Below are positions 21,265 to 31,040 of a DNA stretch of 64,000 bases, piece by piece. The first letter of the stretch is position 1; every line of letters begins with the position of its first letter. A program made the position numbers and the translations under genes. Origin of the DNA: a bacterium (GTDB taxonomy: Bacteria > SM23-31); contig OZ252239.1 in assembly GCA_965249485.1 (NCBI GenBank), positions 1,312,001 to 1,376,000 on the forward strand, written 5' to 3'. A model generated the notes under the pieces. It searched no databases. It was not told the origin of the DNA and saw nothing but the letters and a program-made list of their open reading frames with translations.

Positions 21265-21858
21265 CTATTTGTGAGTATTTGTTTTGTTGTTTTTCGTATT
21301 ATGAGGTTCCTGAAGGAATAAAAACTGATGTGCAATCCGAATAAACATTGGTGTGAGGAACGCAAAAAAGAATATATTGAAAGCAATATGCCAGATTCCG
21401 AATACCATACCACCTACAAGGAATATACCGATCTGACTCATGGTAAATCCGGCATAACCCGTGGTAAAAAATGATACGAACAGATGGTAGAGCACGGTCA
21501 ATAACCCACCACTCAGTCCATACAAGAAAATCCGAGTGTTGTTTTTTCTAAAACTGATTATACGAGGTACTATAATACCTCCTGCGAGTCCCGTAATTCC
21601 GAAACAGAATGACTGAGCCAAAATCAGCGGAGGAAATGCTAATCCCGATCCCCAAGGATTAAGGGCTGAAAATAGAAATCCGCTTGCAGTGCCGATCACT
21701 CCTCCAAATGCTGGTCCGAATATGTAGCCTCCCGTAAAAATTGTGGTCATGATGAGTTCAATATTCGGAACAGGTACAAACATGAAGCCTACCACAGTAC
21801 AGAATGCTATATATAGTCCCCCGTAAGCTATGCGCATATTTGATCTATGTGTTTTCAT
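21265..21858 (-). CDS. ECF transporter S component
   Basis: VPNIELIMTTIFTGGYIFGPAFG pattern, about 5-6 TM helices; start uncertain. Confidence 0.75.
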   Translation of the reverse strand: MKTHRSNMRIAYGGLYIAFCTVVGFMFVPVPNIELIMTTIFTGGYIFGPAFGGVIGTASGFLFSALNPWGSGLAFPPLILAQSFCFGITGLAGGIIVPRIISFRKNNTRIFLYGLSGGLLTVLYHLFVSFFTTGYAGFTMSQIGIFLVGGMVFGIWHIAFNIFFFAFLTPMFIRIAHQFLFLQEPHNTKNNKTNTHK

Positions 21859-22063
21859 AAGAAAAATACGTTTAGACAACTAATGTAAATATAATAGCTG
21901 TCACGCCCAAAGAAAATATTTCTTGGATTTTGTTCATTTACTTTGTAGAATCATAACAAATGTAAATGTTGAAATCACTGGATCAAGTAGAAAGTGATGT
22001 CTTTCGAATCTGGAGACTCAGCTGCAATCAGGAACATTATCATCATAATATTAGGTATCGGCT

Positions 22064-22627
22064 ATGGGAGAAGCAATTCAGATCACAAGAGATGATGTAC
22101 TATTTGTAATCGTTGATATACAGGAGAAGCTGGCACGGCAGATGCCAGATCAGGAAAATGTTATTAAAAATACAGAAAAACTTCTTAAAGCAGCCCAAAG
22201 ACTTCAGATACCGTTCATTTTTACTGAGCAATATCCAGATGGACTTGGTAAAACAATACCCGAATTGGAACAATTTCAAAGCAATGTGGGACCGATCGAC
22301 AAAATGACGTTTTGCTGTTGTGGAGAAGAACGATTTCTGAATGCCCTTTCAATTGAAAATAAAAACAATATTCTCATAATCGGGATGGAAGCACATATCT
22401 GTGTAATGCAAACCGGACTTGATCTCATGAACAGAGGTTACATGGTGGGTGTCGTCCAGGATGCGGTGTGCTCCTTCAAACATAATCACAAGGAAATTGC
22501 CTTGAACCGTTTGCACGATTCAGGTGCACTGATCGTAACAACCGAAATGATACTCTACGAATTGCTCGTAAAAGCCGGAACAGATGATTTTAAGGATTTG
22601 TTGCCGATACTCAAAGATAGGTCTTAG
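22064..22627 (+). CDS. Isochorismatase-family hydrolase
   Basis: VDIQEKL, TEQYPDGLGKT, GMEAHICVMQT. Confidence 0.92.
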   Translation: MGEAIQITRDDVLFVIVDIQEKLARQMPDQENVIKNTEKLLKAAQRLQIPFIFTEQYPDGLGKTIPELEQFQSNVGPIDKMTFCCCGEERFLNALSIENKNNILIIGMEAHICVMQTGLDLMNRGYMVGVVQDAVCSFKHNHKEIALNRLHDSGALIVTTEMILYELLVKAGTDDFKDLLPILKDRS

Positions 22628-22829
22628 ATTATAAGAGTCGGTAAGGAAAGAAAATTAGTAAGAATTAGATATAGGTGTATATTGAACGCGATCATTTGAA
22701 TAGGTACCTCCAAACAAATGTAGCCTATGGTAAGCGAAAGAGTATCACTCATTCTGATTAAAAAGTAAGATTTTTCTTGACAATCGTGAATTTTTTTATT
22801 TCTTTATGTATGTAAATCTGTAAAACCCT

Positions 22830-22939
22830 ATTTACCACGGATAACGGCGCTAATTAGAAACTCGCCCTTCTAAGAAGAGCCGTGTTTAAAGTCCATCCGA
22901 CCGAAAGCTTCCGGAACCCCCCTCCGGAAGCTTTTTTTT
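22830..22939 (+). ncRNA. Candidate structured small RNA or leader RNA
   Basis: Nested stems CGGAT/ATCCG, ACGGC/GCCGT, TTAGAA/TTCTAA followed by a strong terminator; TTGACA at 22777; no credible ORF. Confidence 0.4.
22904..22939 (+). terminator. Intrinsic terminator
   Basis: AAAGCTTCCGGA-acccccc-TCCGGAAGCTTTTTTTT. Confidence 0.85.
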
Positions 22940-23050
22940 GTTTGGGCTATATTACCTCTTCCGAGAGGCAAAATATGTTGCTATTATTATTGTAAATTTG
23001 TACACTTATGCACACTAATTTAATGAGATTAAACAGCAAATGGCAAGATT

Positions 23051-24280
23051 ATGGAACTAGCGATCAAAGGCGGAGCACCCGTTAGAACGAAGCCCTTCAG
23101 CTCATGGCCCGTCTGGGACAATCACGAAATAGAAGCTGTCAAAAAAGCTGTTGACAGCGGTAAATGGGGATATCCGCAATGGGAATACGTTCCTCAATTT
23201 GCAAAAAATTTCGCAGTGTACAATGATGCCGAATTCGGAATATGCTTTAATAGCGGGACATCGGCAATAGTTGGTGCTCTCTGGGCCGCAGGCGTATGTC
23301 CAGGGGATGAAGTCATACTTCCGGCGTACACATTTATTGCAACTGCTTCTGCAGTGATCCAAATTGGTGCTATTCCTGTGTTTGCAGACATTGAGTCAAA
23401 TTCCTTTCATCTTTGTGCCCAGTCCGTAGAAGAACATATCACTTCAAATACTAAAGCTGTTCTGCCGGTACATATTGGCGGAAGAATGGCCGATATGCCG
23501 AAACTGCAAGAAGTGTGTGACCATCACGATTTAGCGCTGATTTCCGATGCAGCGCAGGCCTGGGGTTCGGGGTGGCAGGAGAAACGTTCTGCGGCATATG
23601 GAGATGCATCTGCATACAGTTTTCAGTCCTCAAAAAACATTACTGCCGGAGAAGGCGGTATTGTGCTGACGAATGATGAAAAATTCGCCGAATTTTGCGA
23701 AACCTACTGCAATTGTGGCAGACTGACCGGCAAACCGGCTTACGAGCACTTTTATATCGGTCAGAATCTCAGGTTAAGCGAAATGCAAGGAGCGCTACTG
23801 TCTGCTCAGTTTGAACGCTATCCCGTAATGCTGCGCGAAAGGCACGAAAATGCCAAATATATTGACAACGAACTGAGGAAATTTAATGGGATTACACCGT
23901 TAACCATCGATGCAGATTCTTCGTCCAATGCCTACCATTTCTTCTTAATGAGATATAACAAAGAACATTTTGAGGATGTACTGAAATCGAGTATTATTGA
24001 TGCACTGCAGGCTGAAGGAATTCCTGCACATCCGGGTTATACAATTCCTCTTTATAAACAGCCGGTTTTTGAGTCAGGAGAGTTGGGACCGCGAGGAGCA
24101 CAGCTCAGCACATTCCCTGATTATACGAACATTAGTCTACCGGAAACGGAAAAAGCTTGTAATGATGAGGCAATCTGGTTGAAGCACAACCTTTTACTTG
24201 GGTCAAGAGACGATATGCAGGATATTGTTAATGCATTTGAAAAAGTTCTGAAAAATTTCAAGGAATTAAAGAAGGATTAA
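23051..24280 (+). CDS. DegT/DnrJ/EryC1/StrS-family PLP aminotransferase
   Basis: NSGTSA, PAYTFIAT, DAAQAWG, SFQSSKNITAGEGG. Confidence 0.92.
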   Translation: MELAIKGGAPVRTKPFSSWPVWDNHEIEAVKKAVDSGKWGYPQWEYVPQFAKNFAVYNDAEFGICFNSGTSAIVGALWAAGVCPGDEVILPAYTFIATASAVIQIGAIPVFADIESNSFHLCAQSVEEHITSNTKAVLPVHIGGRMADMPKLQEVCDHHDLALISDAAQAWGSGWQEKRSAAYGDASAYSFQSSKNITAGEGGIVLTNDEKFAEFCETYCNCGRLTGKPAYEHFYIGQNLRLSEMQGALLSAQFERYPVMLRERHENAKYIDNELRKFNGITPLTIDADSSSNAYHFFLMRYNKEHFEDVLKSSIIDALQAEGIPAHPGYTIPLYKQPVFESGELGPRGAQLSTFPDYTNISLPETEKACNDEAIWLKHNLLLGSRDDMQDIVNAFEKVLKNFKELKKD

Positions 24281-24303
24281 GTGTTGTCCGTTAAGGTGAA
24301 ATT

Positions 24304-25593
24304 ATGAAATATTCTTTCGATTGCGTAGATTGTAAAAGAAAATTTTCTATGGATGAGGCAAGCTACCTGTGTCAATGCGGGGGACTTCTCGACTTTAATG
24401 TAAACCTTGATGAATTGCCTGAAACAGTGTCTTTGGAGGAATTTGACCGGCGCGCTTATAACGTATTGCCCGGAAAAAGCAGCGGTGTATGGAGATATAA
24501 AGAACTTGTTCTGCCCGATATTTCGGACGATCACATTATCTCAACTTTAGAAGGAAACACTAAATTATACGATGTGCCGAAAATGGCCTCGGAATTCGGT
24601 GTCGATTCGCTACAGATTAAACATGAAGGCGATAATCCGTCCGGCTCGTTTAAAGACCGGGGTATGACCGTTGCCGTCTCACATGCAAATGAGAAAAGCG
24701 AAAAGGTCCTCGCTTGTGCATCGACTGGCAATACGAGCGCATCGATGGCAGCATATGCTGCCATGGCAGGATTAAAAGCGATTGTCTTGATTCCTGAAGC
24801 AAAGATAACAGTTAGTAAACTTGCACAGGCACTGGCCTATGGTGCGGTCACTGTTGAACTTGAAGGTGATTTTGATGACTGCATGGAACTGATTCTTGAA
24901 GGTGCCCGGCAGGAAATTCTTTATCCCATGAATTCTGTCAACTCATTCAGACCTGCAGGCCAAAAGACAATAATATGGGAAATTTTCCAACAGCGGTCTT
25001 GGTCTCCACCTGACTGGATTGTTTTTCCAGCAGGCAATCTGGGCAATCTCTCCTCTTTTGGTCTTGCTATTGAGGATTTTTATAAGCTCGGATTTATCAA
25101 AAAAAAACCGAGGCTTGCCGGTGTGCAGGCCGAAGGTGCAAATCCCTTCTATCTGTCGTATCAGGATGATTTTAAAGAAAAACGGACGGTACAGGCGGAT
25201 ACTATTGCAACGGCAATCCGGATCGGCAATCCCGTTAATTACACAAGAGCTGTCCTTTCTCTTAAGTTGACAAACGGTGTAATGACGCAAGTTTCGGATC
25301 AGGAAATTATGGACTCCAAAGCTCTTATTGAAAGAACAGGTATCGGTGCTGAACCGTCATCGTGCGCCTCGCTGGCTGGTCTGAAAAGACTCCGTGAGGA
25401 AAATGTGATTAGCTCCGATGAATCGGTTGTTCTGATATTTACCGGACATATCCTGAAAGATCCCGAAGCAATAATTTCTTATCATTCGAATTCCATGAAG
25501 GGAATCACTTCGACCTATGCTAATAAGCCGTTAAAAGCGAAACCGACTATGGATGGTTTGAAAGACCTTATAGCACAAATCACTTCTAATTGA
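24304..25593 (+). CDS. thrC: Threonine synthase
   Basis: N-terminal Cys cluster, NPSGSFKDRG, CASTGNTSAS, PAGNLGN, TIATAIRIGNP. Confidence 0.92.
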   Translation: MKYSFDCVDCKRKFSMDEASYLCQCGGLLDFNVNLDELPETVSLEEFDRRAYNVLPGKSSGVWRYKELVLPDISDDHIISTLEGNTKLYDVPKMASEFGVDSLQIKHEGDNPSGSFKDRGMTVAVSHANEKSEKVLACASTGNTSASMAAYAAMAGLKAIVLIPEAKITVSKLAQALAYGAVTVELEGDFDDCMELILEGARQEILYPMNSVNSFRPAGQKTIIWEIFQQRSWSPPDWIVFPAGNLGNLSSFGLAIEDFYKLGFIKKKPRLAGVQAEGANPFYLSYQDDFKEKRTVQADTIATAIRIGNPVNYTRAVLSLKLTNGVMTQVSDQEIMDSKALIERTGIGAEPSSCASLAGLKRLREENVISSDESVVLIFTGHILKDPEAIISYHSNSMKGITSTYANKPLKAKPTMDGLKDLIAQITSN

Positions 25594-25678
25594 GTGCTGA
25601 CCGTTCTCTTGAGAGAATCACATTAAACTGTGTATTTATGGTTGTGTCTGTAAGGAAAGTATATGACAATACAATTTT

Positions 25679-27274
25679 ATGACTACCATGGACACATCAG
25701 CGCATTCTGACGAAAATTTCAAAGAAGAAACCGCACAGCAGTTTCGGGAAATGCTGCTCAACGGCGAAATTGAAAGTGCCCTCACCTTTCGTGTAGAAGA
25801 AAACATCCCCGATCAAGTTGTTCATAACCATTCGCGCGATGCATATGAAGTGCATAAAGAGACAGAGGAGTATCAAGTTGCACTTCAGATAGCGGAAAAA
25901 TTCGAATTTTCTGAAGGGGAAATACTGGTCCTTAAAGCGGCTGAATGGGCAAAAACTCAAAATCTCTCAGAAGTCGAAATTCACCGGTCTGCAACATCTG
26001 CCTATGAGATGTTTTTGCAAAAAGGACAAACCGATGAAGCACTCGATATTTTTGAAAAATATAATCTCCGAACGGATGAATTACTCGGTACAACTATAGC
26101 GGAATTTAACCGGACACTCACTCAAGGAGATTTTTATAGTGCAGCAATTCTCGGGAAAGCATTTAATCTCTCGGCTTCAAGAACACTCTCTGCAGCAATC
26201 AAGGCATGCATCGAATCTCTCAAAAATCATGAACCTGATAAAGCATTAAAGCTGATTGACGAATTTAAACTGCTCACTGATGCTGTATTCGAAGAATTAA
26301 CCGAGAAAGAATCGGAAGATCTGATTGTTGGGATTGCGGGTGATTTTATCAAACCCTCATTTGAACAAGGGAAATTGCAGCTTATGCGCGAATTCGCCGC
26401 ACGAATTATTCTGAAAGATCAACCTTTTAGTAACGGCTATTTAAAGGACTTTCTACAACGGTTTTACAAATTGGCTGCAGAAAATCATAATACTTCACTC
26501 GAGAATAATGATGTAAAATCTGCGCGGTTTATCAGAGATTCATTTGATCTCTATGCTGCTCCCATCCCCTATGAGTTGTTTGCGAAGCTTGTGGATTCTG
26601 CTGAAGAATATCACAAATCACTCTTAAGCAGTGGTGATTTAAATATAGCTATATCATTCAAAAAAGATTACGGTCTTTTCTCTCAGTACACGATCGAACA
26701 CAGTAAGCAGACTGAAGCAGAGCATGGTGCACTGTTTGTAGTTAAAGCGCTCGAAAAAAAGCAGATACAACCTGCAATGAGTGCTATACAAGAGTACAAA
26801 GTTCCAAAGGCACTGGTCAATGATGCGGTCTTAACGTCAATCTTGAATCTGGTTGACAGCAATTCTTTCGATGAAGCGTTTGCTGTACTTGAGGAGATTT
26901 CAGTCGATTTATCAGAAGAAGGCGACAAAGCACGGGTTGTGTCAGCGTTTAAGTCGCTGATGAAAAAGGGAAATTATTTAAATGCAGTAGAGTTTGCCAA
27001 CCGGTTTAAGCTCCAAAAATCGTATGTGTTTGATGCTGCATCAAAAGCTTGGCAGGATGACTTTGCTGCAGAGCGGTATGATAAAGCTTTCGATATCAAA
27101 AATAAATATAAACTTGATAAAAATGTTACGCTTGCACTTGCCCTAAAAGCGTACGAGCAGTTTATTGCAGATAAAGACTACAATATGGCAGCGTCAATTC
27201 GGCGGTCGTACGGAATACATATCGGACTGGTCGATTGGGTTATTGAATTTTTTCGGTTAGTATTTGCTAAGTAG
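25679..27274 (+). CDS. Alpha-solenoid repeat protein (about 14 units of ~34 aa) with C-terminal amphipathic helix
   Basis: Repeats ending in A..(I/F)...(F/Y)x(L/I); C-terminus GLVDWVIEFFRLVFAK; same repeat as 41089..42570. Confidence 0.8.
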   Translation: MTTMDTSAHSDENFKEETAQQFREMLLNGEIESALTFRVEENIPDQVVHNHSRDAYEVHKETEEYQVALQIAEKFEFSEGEILVLKAAEWAKTQNLSEVEIHRSATSAYEMFLQKGQTDEALDIFEKYNLRTDELLGTTIAEFNRTLTQGDFYSAAILGKAFNLSASRTLSAAIKACIESLKNHEPDKALKLIDEFKLLTDAVFEELTEKESEDLIVGIAGDFIKPSFEQGKLQLMREFAARIILKDQPFSNGYLKDFLQRFYKLAAENHNTSLENNDVKSARFIRDSFDLYAAPIPYELFAKLVDSAEEYHKSLLSSGDLNIAISFKKDYGLFSQYTIEHSKQTEAEHGALFVVKALEKKQIQPAMSAIQEYKVPKALVNDAVLTSILNLVDSNSFDEAFAVLEEISVDLSEEGDKARVVSAFKSLMKKGNYLNAVEFANRFKLQKSYVFDAASKAWQDDFAAERYDKAFDIKNKYKLDKNVTLALALKAYEQFIADKDYNMAASIRRSYGIHIGLVDWVIEFFRLVFAK

Positions 27275-27298
27275 GGACAATGCACATTCAGATTGAAT

Positions 27299-28381
27299 TT
27301 ACTCACGACATAAAAATAATCTGTCAGGTTTAAGTGATACTTTGACTGTATCATGAAGCGATAATTTGTATTTTTTACACGTCAACTCTTCAATCTCCAT
27401 ATACAATCGAAACCCTTCCACAGGTTTTCCGTCCTCAAATACCTGAAGTGAAACAGTGTACATTCTATTGATGATGTGCATACTTTCGACGTAGACCTGA
27501 AACATATTTGGTCGGTCATCATCAGTTATGAGAAATCGGACATCCGAAGGATGGATACCCAGCCAAATCGGTGTGCTCCTCTCATATTCTGTAACATTAC
27601 TGATGAAAATTTCGAACCGGTCGAAGAGAGTGACTGTTCCCGTTTTTCCATTTGAACCGGACACGATACACGGGAATAGATTCTTAATACCAAGAAATTG
27701 CGCCGTGAAATAATACTCCGGTTTCCGGAGCACACGGTCTTTTGCACCAAATTCAACAATCGATCCGTTATTCATAACAGCAATTTTATTCGCAATACTT
27801 TCAGCTATGATAAAGTTGTGGGTAACATACAGCACTGGCAATTCAAATGTACCAGGAATCTCACTGATAAACCTGATGAGCGACTCGCGAAGCGGCACAT
27901 CGACAGCAGAGAGCGGTTCGTCGAACAACATTACCCGTGATTTCGCTGCAAGAGCACGAGCAATAGCAACACGTTGTTTCTGCCCTCCGGATAAATGGTG
28001 TGGAAGCGCATGCTCTTTATCAGTGAGATCGAATTTTTCAAGTATTTTCTTTATTTGAGCATCGTGGTTATTTGAACCGGGCATTCCGAATTCAATATTA
28101 TCGTGAACAGTTTTATTCGGAAACAGTGAATAATCCTGAAATATATAGCCGATTCCCCGCTTCCGGATAGGGAACGAAATATTTGCATTGCTATCATACA
28201 ATGTTGACTCGTTAAGCGTAATTTTCCCGCTATCGGGTTTGACAATACCGCTAATTAAATTAAGTGTAAGTGATTTTCCTCCACCAGAAGGTGCGAGAAG
28301 AACTACAATTTCATTTTCAATACTGAGAGACGCGTCTAATGAAAATGAATCGAATTTTTTTTGGAGTGAAAAATCGAGCAT
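27299..28381 (-). CDS. modC: Molybdate ABC transporter ATP-binding protein
   Basis: APSGGGKS, LSGGQKQR, DEPLS, VTH; C-terminal TOBE-like region; operon with modAB. Confidence 0.88.
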   Translation of the reverse strand: MLDFSLQKKFDSFSLDASLSIENEIVVLLAPSGGGKSLTLNLISGIVKPDSGKITLNESTLYDSNANISFPIRKRGIGYIFQDYSLFPNKTVHDNIEFGMPGSNNHDAQIKKILEKFDLTDKEHALPHHLSGGQKQRVAIARALAAKSRVMLFDEPLSAVDVPLRESLIRFISEIPGTFELPVLYVTHNFIIAESIANKIAVMNNGSIVEFGAKDRVLRKPEYYFTAQFLGIKNLFPCIVSGSNGKTGTVTLFDRFEIFISNVTEYERSTPIWLGIHPSDVRFLITDDDRPNMFQVYVESMHIINRMYTVSLQVFEDGKPVEGFRLYMEIEELTCKKYKLSLHDTVKVSLKPDRLFLCRE

Positions 28382-28450
28382 GCTTAATTTTATTGTAAAA
28401 AGATATTAATCATTTTAGTCCGGAAATTGTTCTAAAGTTCAAATGTGCAA

Positions 28451-29116
28451 TTAATATTTTTGGGTCACGGATTTATTCACCAAAAACAGTATGAGAATCG
28501 ATAACACGGTAGTAATTGCAACTAAGATGTTTGCTTCCGTTGTATTTCCTGCCTGCACAGAGTCATAAATTGCGATCGATATTGTCTGAGTCTTACCCGG
28601 AATACTTCCGGCGACCATGAGAGTTGTTCCGAATTCTCCGAGTGACCGGGCAAATGACAATGCAATGCCGGCTATGACTCCTCTGCGAGCTAAAGGCAGA
28701 GTAACATGCCAAAATACCTGCCATTCGTTTTTACCAAGAACCCGAGCTGAATTTTCAATGTGTGCATTGACCGACTCAATTGCTGAGCGTGCCGGTTTAA
28801 TAAAGAGCGGAAGCGAAGCTATCATTGCCGCTATGACTGCTCCCTGCCATGTAAAGACAATTGTTATACCAAAAAAATCCTCAATGAATCTGCCGAGATA
28901 ACTTTGCCGCCCCAATATTGTCAATAAGTAATAGCCGAGTACGGTCGGCGGCATTATCAGCGGCTGCATGATGACAGCATCAAGCAGATTTTTTCCGCGA
29001 AAGTTATACCGGGACAGACAAAAAGCAATTGCTGTGCCGATAAAAAAGTTAAAGAGAGTCGCAAAGAAAGCAACTTTTAATGAGAGCCAAAGAGGGTAAA
29101 GAGACAATCCGTTCAT
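28451..29116 (-). CDS. modB: Molybdate ABC transporter permease
   Basis: PLIMPPTVLGYYLL, FARSLGEFGTT, GSIPGKTQT. Confidence 0.93.
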   Translation of the reverse strand: MNGLSLYPLWLSLKVAFFATLFNFFIGTAIAFCLSRYNFRGKNLLDAVIMQPLIMPPTVLGYYLLTILGRQSYLGRFIEDFFGITIVFTWQGAVIAAMIASLPLFIKPARSAIESVNAHIENSARVLGKNEWQVFWHVTLPLARRGVIAGIALSFARSLGEFGTTLMVAGSIPGKTQTISIAIYDSVQAGNTTEANILVAITTVLSILILFLVNKSVTQKY

Positions 29117-29136
29117 GTTGTCTTGCTCATATTTGT

Positions 29137-29922
29137 CTAATTTTGTGTTACACGAGTGTAATTAAAACGATTAAAAGTGTCATCTGACATCTCAGATTGG
29201 ATATATTGTTTGAACTGATGAGCCTGTTCGGTGTTTTGGCTGTTTTTTACAATTGCAACAGTCTGAAAAATAGGATTATACAGACTTCTATCGATCGGAA
29301 CGAATTTTACAATAGAATCATCCGGAAGATGTCCTGCTACGATTCCTACATCGATGTTACCGGATCTGACAAATTGCATGCATTGACGTATATTCCCTGC
29401 GAAAATCAATTTGGACTGAATACCATACCATATTCCGGCCTTCTGCAAAGCTTCCTGTGCAGCAATACCGAAAGGCGCATGCACCGGTGATGCGATAGCT
29501 ATCCGCTCAATATCCCTTTTGTTCAAGTCTGTGATGTCATTGATAATAATCAAATTTGATTTTAAAACTCCGAGTACTATTTGTCCTTCAAGAAAGGCAA
29601 CAGGCTCCTCCTCGAAATATCCTTCAGTGTAGAGCTTATCAGAAAATGTCTCATTTGCAGATATATACAAATCATACGGTGCACCGTGCCGGATCTGTTC
29701 CGCAAGACTACCTGATGCACCCCACGCAAACGTTACCATTATACCGTGAGTATTCTGAAAAGCATCGCCGATTTCCTTTAAAGCAAACTGGAGATTTGAA
29801 GCAGCCGCTACAACAATCGAATCACCCGGTTTATCAACAACGGTGCATTGAAAGGAAAGGAAAGTAGGAATAAACAACAATGGAAATAACTTCCGATATA
29901 TTGTTTTGTTGTGGATTCTCAT
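29137..29922 (-). CDS. modA: Molybdate ABC transporter substrate-binding protein
   Basis: AAASNL, GASGSLAEQIRHGAPYDLYISA, PVHAPFG. Confidence 0.92.
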   Translation of the reverse strand: MRIHNKTIYRKLFPLLFIPTFLSFQCTVVDKPGDSIVVAAASNLQFALKEIGDAFQNTHGIMVTFAWGASGSLAEQIRHGAPYDLYISANETFSDKLYTEGYFEEEPVAFLEGQIVLGVLKSNLIIINDITDLNKRDIERIAIASPVHAPFGIAAQEALQKAGIWYGIQSKLIFAGNIRQCMQFVRSGNIDVGIVAGHLPDDSIVKFVPIDRSLYNPIFQTVAIVKNSQNTEQAHQFKQYIQSEMSDDTFNRFNYTRVTQN

Positions 29923-30297
29923 ATATTAGATCGGCTTCGGCCCACCAGATTTCAGTTTACAATGTATAACACTACGTGATTTAATATTCAATTCTACTGC
30001 TCAAGTTGTGAGATTGTGTCTTATATTCAGACGCATTCCTCTGTGCGAAGAAAGGTAACTATAATACAAAAAAAATGAAAGCGGAAAATAGAATTACATT
30101 TTAATATTCATTAAATTTCATAATCTTGTACCATTCATGCCTGAAATGTCACATACCAAATGATAAATCTGAAATATTTGTATCTGATTCGAAAATTACC
30201 TATATTACCGCACGTTTTGAAAACATTGTTCAATTGGATGAATAATCAAATTATCGCTGTAACATTATGTTTGTATAGAATAAATGGGTAATCAACA

Positions 30298-31005
30298 ATG
30301 CATGAACACGACAAATCGTTTACACAGAGCAAGACACATACCCGCAAATCGGTAATAGAACATGTGCTGCTACAGGTATGGGTCAATCGTGAAAACAGCA
30401 GAAAAAGTTCTGTACAGGATTTTCAAATAAAGAATGAAACTGTCTCTGATGATTTGATTAAAGAAGCTGTCGAAGATGGCAGCCTGATCAATCAGAATGG
30501 AGAATTGACTTTATCTGAACTTGGTGAAAAACTCGCGGAAAACATCGTTCGCCGCCACAGACTCGCCGAAGTGTTATTCAGTGAAATTCTGTCAATTGAT
30601 GAAGAAACGGCCCGTACAACAGCTTGCGATTTGGAGCACATCATAACTGAAGAAGTGACGGACAGTATCTGTACTTTTCTCGGACATCCGCTGCAATGCC
30701 CTCATGAAATGGCAATCCCGCGCGGGACATGCTGCGCCACGTTTAAAAGGAATCTTGGTCCCCTAATCAGGCCTGTCATAGACTTGAAAATAGGTGATTT
30801 TGGAAAAATTTCATTCATGTCGCCTAAAACTCACTTCAGGCTCGACCGCCTCATGACGTTTGGAATAACACCGGGTACTATAGTAAAATTACACCAGAAA
30901 AAACCGTCGATTGTCCTTCAGGTTGGGGAAACCGATTTGGCACTCGACTACGATATAGCTAAAAATATTTATGTGAAACAGGTCAACGGCGAACAATACA
31001 TTTAA
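30298..31005 (+). CDS. DtxR/MntR-family metal-dependent regulator with C-terminal FeoA domain
   Basis: IVRRHRLAE, ACDLEH, LGHPLQCPH, FeoA-like RLMTFGITPG. Confidence 0.88.
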   Translation: MHEHDKSFTQSKTHTRKSVIEHVLLQVWVNRENSRKSSVQDFQIKNETVSDDLIKEAVEDGSLINQNGELTLSELGEKLAENIVRRHRLAEVLFSEILSIDEETARTTACDLEHIITEEVTDSICTFLGHPLQCPHEMAIPRGTCCATFKRNLGPLIRPVIDLKIGDFGKISFMSPKTHFRLDRLMTFGITPGTIVKLHQKKPSIVLQVGETDLALDYDIAKNIYVKQVNGEQYI

Positions 31006-31040
31006 ATACCTCTGCAATAAGTGAACGTACCAGCAATTGA

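Noticed and set aside
22806..22873. Threonine attenuator leader peptide for thrC
   Set aside because: Only MYVNL* is encoded; no Thr/Ile-rich peptide with a start codon
29923..30297. Moco riboswitch or ModE box upstream of modA
   Set aside because: Only a weak imperfect palindrome (GTTTACAATGTATAAC); no convincing match to either element
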